A DNA stretch of 63,209 bases, counting the filler, from Lenisia limosa (taxonomy: Eukaryota > Protista > Breviatea), in the NCBI GenBank assembly GCA_001655205.1. It is 14 parts of 14 records of this genome, joined end to end, with 100 filler letters (N's around TTAATTAATTAA, not from the genome) between each part and the next. Parts side by side here need not be neighbours in the genome. Positions count along the whole stretch, not along the records: positions 60,254 to 63,209 come from LPNZ01001123.1; 13 more parts are not named here. One strand, 5' to 3'. Positions 60,278 to 63,209 of this stretch are shown piece by piece (the first letter of the stretch is position 1; each line of letters starts with the position of its first letter). The position numbers and the translations under genes are program-made. The notes below the pieces were generated by a model that did no database searches, was not told where the DNA came from, and was given only the letters and a program-made list of their open reading frames with translations.

Positions 60278-63058
60278 TCAAGCGTATTTCTCCCTAAATT
60301 CAATAATGACGGGATATCCCAATAATGACGGGTTTATTTTAAGGGGGGCAAAATTGGAAAATTTATGTGACAAAAAAAGCCCAAATCAACTCTGTTGGCT
60401 AACACACAAGGGTTGTTGTGAACAGCAAAACAAACAAAGCCCAGACCAGTCGCTTCTGCATCACCGCATCCATCCTCCAGCGTACTTTAACGGAGTAATC
60501 TCAGTGATCCATAGGCCGACAGAGAAGCTGATCTGGCCGCCAGCATAGGGGTCTAACGGGTCGTCTGAAATGTCATCTCTTTTCAACATCCACTATATAC
60601 TTATTAACACCAGCACAGTACCACTAAACAGCCTTTGATAATATCATATACGACAAAGAGACGGCGTTTATAATAGTACATTATACTGTGTTTGTATATA
60701 TCGACCGACATGAATGTATCCAATCAACCTCTGTTATCTGTTATCTGTGTTTATCTCCAATTGTCGATACTTAGCTTCGATTTTCAGTATTTAACTTCAA
60801 TTATCTGCGTTTAACTTCATTTTACCGGTTAATTGACCCATCTCCGACCATATACGTTTATTGGTCTCCAATTATACATGTATCTGCAATCAGCAGTAAC
60901 CGTCAGATCAGATTTCCGTTCTGAATAAACGGGCAACAACAATGGGAGTATGGGGCTATTCCACTATCATAAGATATGATGTATTAGGACTATTCCTCCA
61001 ATTAACCACGATCATAACATAGAGGACTATTCCTATCTGAGCCTACTTCTTTCAACGAACTCCGCGTCTAATGATCTTTCAGCTGCGATGTGAGGGAAGA
61101 TAAAAAGGAATGCACGATGAAAAAATATGATATGAAGAAATGACACACACACATATCCTCCCAAACACCCTCCTCCCACCATGCAAAGCTTTTGGCTGGG
61201 GCTGTACGGGGAACATGACTATGGGATCGGGATAGGAAATGGGGGCCGTCACAAAGTACGACACGAAGTGCCGTCCATCGTCTGGGGGGGGGGAGAGTTA
61301 TCGAAGATCTATAAGTATCTCCTCTTTTATTTCTTATTCTTTAACTTAAATACAAAATATTGTAAAATAAAATGCTACTTTAATGGGGGTTACTAGAATT
61401 GGGGTGCTAGAATTGAGTTGGGGTGCTAGAATTGAATTGGGGTGCTAGAATTGAATTGGGGGATGGCAAAAAGAGCAGAATTGAACACAAAACCGTCACA
61501 CCCGAATTGAGAACAGCTAGGAGATTAGGTCTGGTGCCCTCCATAGCCTGCCCGTCAAAGGTCTAAAGAGTGAATCAAATTCTGGAAAAAATTGAAACAA
61601 TAAAGAAGAGTGACAAAATAGTTTTTATGATATCCCCTTTTTTGATTTGTTATCAGAAACGCACAGATTTGAACAAGGAAAAATAGAAAAAAGACACGTA
61701 ATATAATACCATCAGAGTGAAAGGTTTCATATCATACTCTGTATTTAATTACCATTGGGCTCTAAAATCCAGTCTTACCCCTCCGTAGGTATCGGCTCCA
61801 TAGAATATCTTCTGAAACGTTCCTGTAAGATGTTAATTTCAGCAATAACTGCCATATGAAGGGCAAGACCAGCAATAACTTCATTTATCTGTTTAATCAA
61901 TAAACCCCTGCTTAAGAACCTCCCTTGTTTTCTATAGCTGCCTCCCCCCCCCCCCNNNNNNNNNNNNNNNNNNNNNNNNNNNNNNNNNNNNNNNNNNNNN
62001 NNNNNNNNNNNNNNNNNNNNNNNNNNNNNNNNNNNNNNNNNNNNNNNNNNNNNNNNNNNNNNNNNNNNNNNNNNNNNNNNNNNNNNNNNNNNNNNNNNNN
62101 NNNNNNNNNNNNNNNNNNNNNNNNNNNNNGGTAATATCGAAAGTTTCGAAATTTATTGAGACATTCAGTCTATTTCGAACCGAAGTGAAGCCCTAATACT
62201 GGTTCCTTCCCACCATCCGAGGTAAAGGGAAGGTCCATCTTCTCGGGGGTCGGGGAATAATCCAAATAACGAAGGTAGTAATCTAGAAGGTTAAATTCTG
62301 CAATAAAATGAAGCATTAAACAGCGGCGCATCGACTTGGGATTCCCTTGTATTATATGGGAATCCCATACATTTCTTCGAATTTCCATCAAACTCCATTG
62401 GACTCCCATGTAAAATATGGGAATTCCAACGCTTTTACGAGAATCCCAAGTCGATGCGCCGTAGTCTTTGTCTATTCTATCTCTCCCCCCATCCCTCATA
62501 TTAGATATTTACCTGGTCCAAAAAAGACCAGTAAAATATCATTGAATTACTGGGAACTTATCGAGAAATAAGTCATTTTGAAGTAAAGCCTTCAATACCC
62601 ACCCTCCTCTCACCCCATTATATCTGGATGTAGACCCTCCTCTCACCTCATTATATTTGGATGTAGACCCTCCTCTCACCCCATTATATTTGGATGTAGA
62701 CCCTCCTCTCACCCCATTATATTTGGATGAAGTAAAACTATCCTGGTTCTGGGGATAAAACCATCTTAAGCCCTCTGCAGAGCATAACCTGATTTTACGG
62801 TGTTGTCAGCCAACAGAGCTGATTTGGGCTTTTTTGTTTCATAATTTTTCCAATTTACCCCCCCCCCCCNNNNNNNNNNNNNNNNNNNNNNNNNNNNNNN
62901 NNNNNNNNNNNNNNNNNNNNNNNNNNNNNNNNNNNNNNNNNNNNNNNNNNNNNNNNNNNNNNNNNNNNNNNNNNNNNNNNNNNNNNNNNNNNNNNNCGCC
63001 CCAGCAGAACAGCGTCGCGCCCTTCGGCAAAGTCAGGAACTCATCCGAAGTATTAGCC
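60278..63058 (-). CDS. Multi-exon hypothetical protein (C-terminal part)
   Basis: Exons ANTSDEFLTLPKGATLFCW; DYYLRYLDYSPTPEKMDLPFTSDGGKEP; GTFQKIFYGADTYGG; DDGRHFVSYFVTAPISYPDP; DDPLDPYAGGQISFSVGLWITEITPLKYAGGWMR|EKYA*. Confidence 0.55.
60340..60464 (-). repeat. Family G, full length, starting at the donor GT of a 171-nt intron
   Basis: |GTGATGCAGAAGCGACTGGTCTGGGCTTTGTTTGTTTTG..GCCAACAGAGTTGATTTGGGC..CATAAATTTTCCAATTTTGCCCCCC. Confidence 0.8.
61394..61462. repeat. Short tandem repeat, ~19-bp unit x ~4
   Basis: CTAGAATTGAATTGGGGTG. Confidence 0.8.
62150..62195. mobile_element. Family A MITE end (rest lost in N run)
   Basis: TTCGAACCGAAGTGAAGCCCTA, a few nt from a minus-strand splice donor. 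Confidence 0.7.
62324..62461. mobile_element. MITE-like element with perfect 21-bp TIR
   Basis: CGGCGCATCGACTTGGGATTC ... GAATCCCAAGTCGATGCGCCG. Confidence 0.75.
62602..62729. repeat. Minisatellite, 33-bp unit x ~4
   Basis: CCCTCCTCTCACCCCATTATATTTGGATGTAGA. Confidence 0.9.
62789..62869 (+). repeat. Family G, antisense to the minus-strand host, filling the visible part of a short intron
   Basis: GGTGTTGTCAGCCAACAGAGCTGATTTGGGCTTTTTTGTTTCATAATTTTTCCAATTTAC-C-run. Confidence 0.8.
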
Positions 63059-63145
63059 TGGGGGAGTAAAATTGGAAAACTGATGAAACAAACAAAAGGC
63101 CCGATGAGGGTTGATAACAACAAAACAAAACAAAGCCCAGGGATG
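63058..63145 (-). repeat. Family G, sense, at 3' splice site
   Basis: Minus strand CTGGGCTTTGTTTTGTTTTGTTGTTATCAACCCT..TTTCATCAGTTTTCCAATTTTACTCCCCCAG|. Confidence 0.8.
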
Positions 63146-63209
63146 AATTTTGCAATAAATCCTCGAAAGGGTAGGGTGTAGTAGCCTTGGGGGTGTTTTG
63201 AAGTATTAT

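Noticed and set aside
62602-62729. CRISPR-like 33-bp repeat
   Set aside because: No spacers; simple minisatellite.
1-63209. Gene cluster or operon-like system from neighbouring genes (e.g. transposases next to the ABC transporter, RSP4/6 near Cys-rich proteins)
   Set aside because: Neighbours are on different contigs joined artificially, so adjacency carries no information.

Overview
Eukaryotic, AT-rich, very intron-dense genomic DNA, probably from a flagellated protist (a radial-spoke gene is present). I cannot name the organism. The window is not contiguous. Thirteen artificial 100-nt linkers (44 N + TTAATTAATTAA + 44 N) join 14 pieces: 1-3422, 3523-5617, 5718-8366, 8467-10244, 10345-12803, 12904-24344, 24445-28634, 28735-29861, 29962-31674, 31775-34594, 34695-49728, 49829-51741, 51842-60153 and 60254-63209. 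Gene neighbourhood across linkers therefore means nothing. Other N runs mostly follow G/C/T homopolymers and are gaps or masking. Genes recognised by splicing exons manually: ThrRS, a minimal Qc-SNARE, SNF2/Brahma ATPase, a RETSAT-like oxidoreductase, an ABCA-like transporter, DCAF1/VprBP, STI1/HOP, eL39, NAA50, RSP4/6, an ependymin-like domain fused to cathepsin B, two pogo/DDE_1 transposases and several unknown surface proteins. The most interesting signal is in the introns. (i) A ~60-130 nt repeat (family G) occurs in about 10 introns of unrelated genes. It abuts the 3' splice site in sense orientation or the 5' splice site in antisense orientation, and sometimes makes up most of the intron, as an Introner would. 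(ii) Two unrelated genes share homologous intron 3' ends (family F). (iii) Two further intronic repeat families (C and D) lie almost always in the host's sense orientation and carry small hairpins. (iv) Many introns start GT+G-run and end C-run+AG. hAT-type MITEs with TAGGG termini are abundant, and one has a perfect 8-bp TSD. All exon models and identities were judged by eye, and repeat boundaries are approximate.
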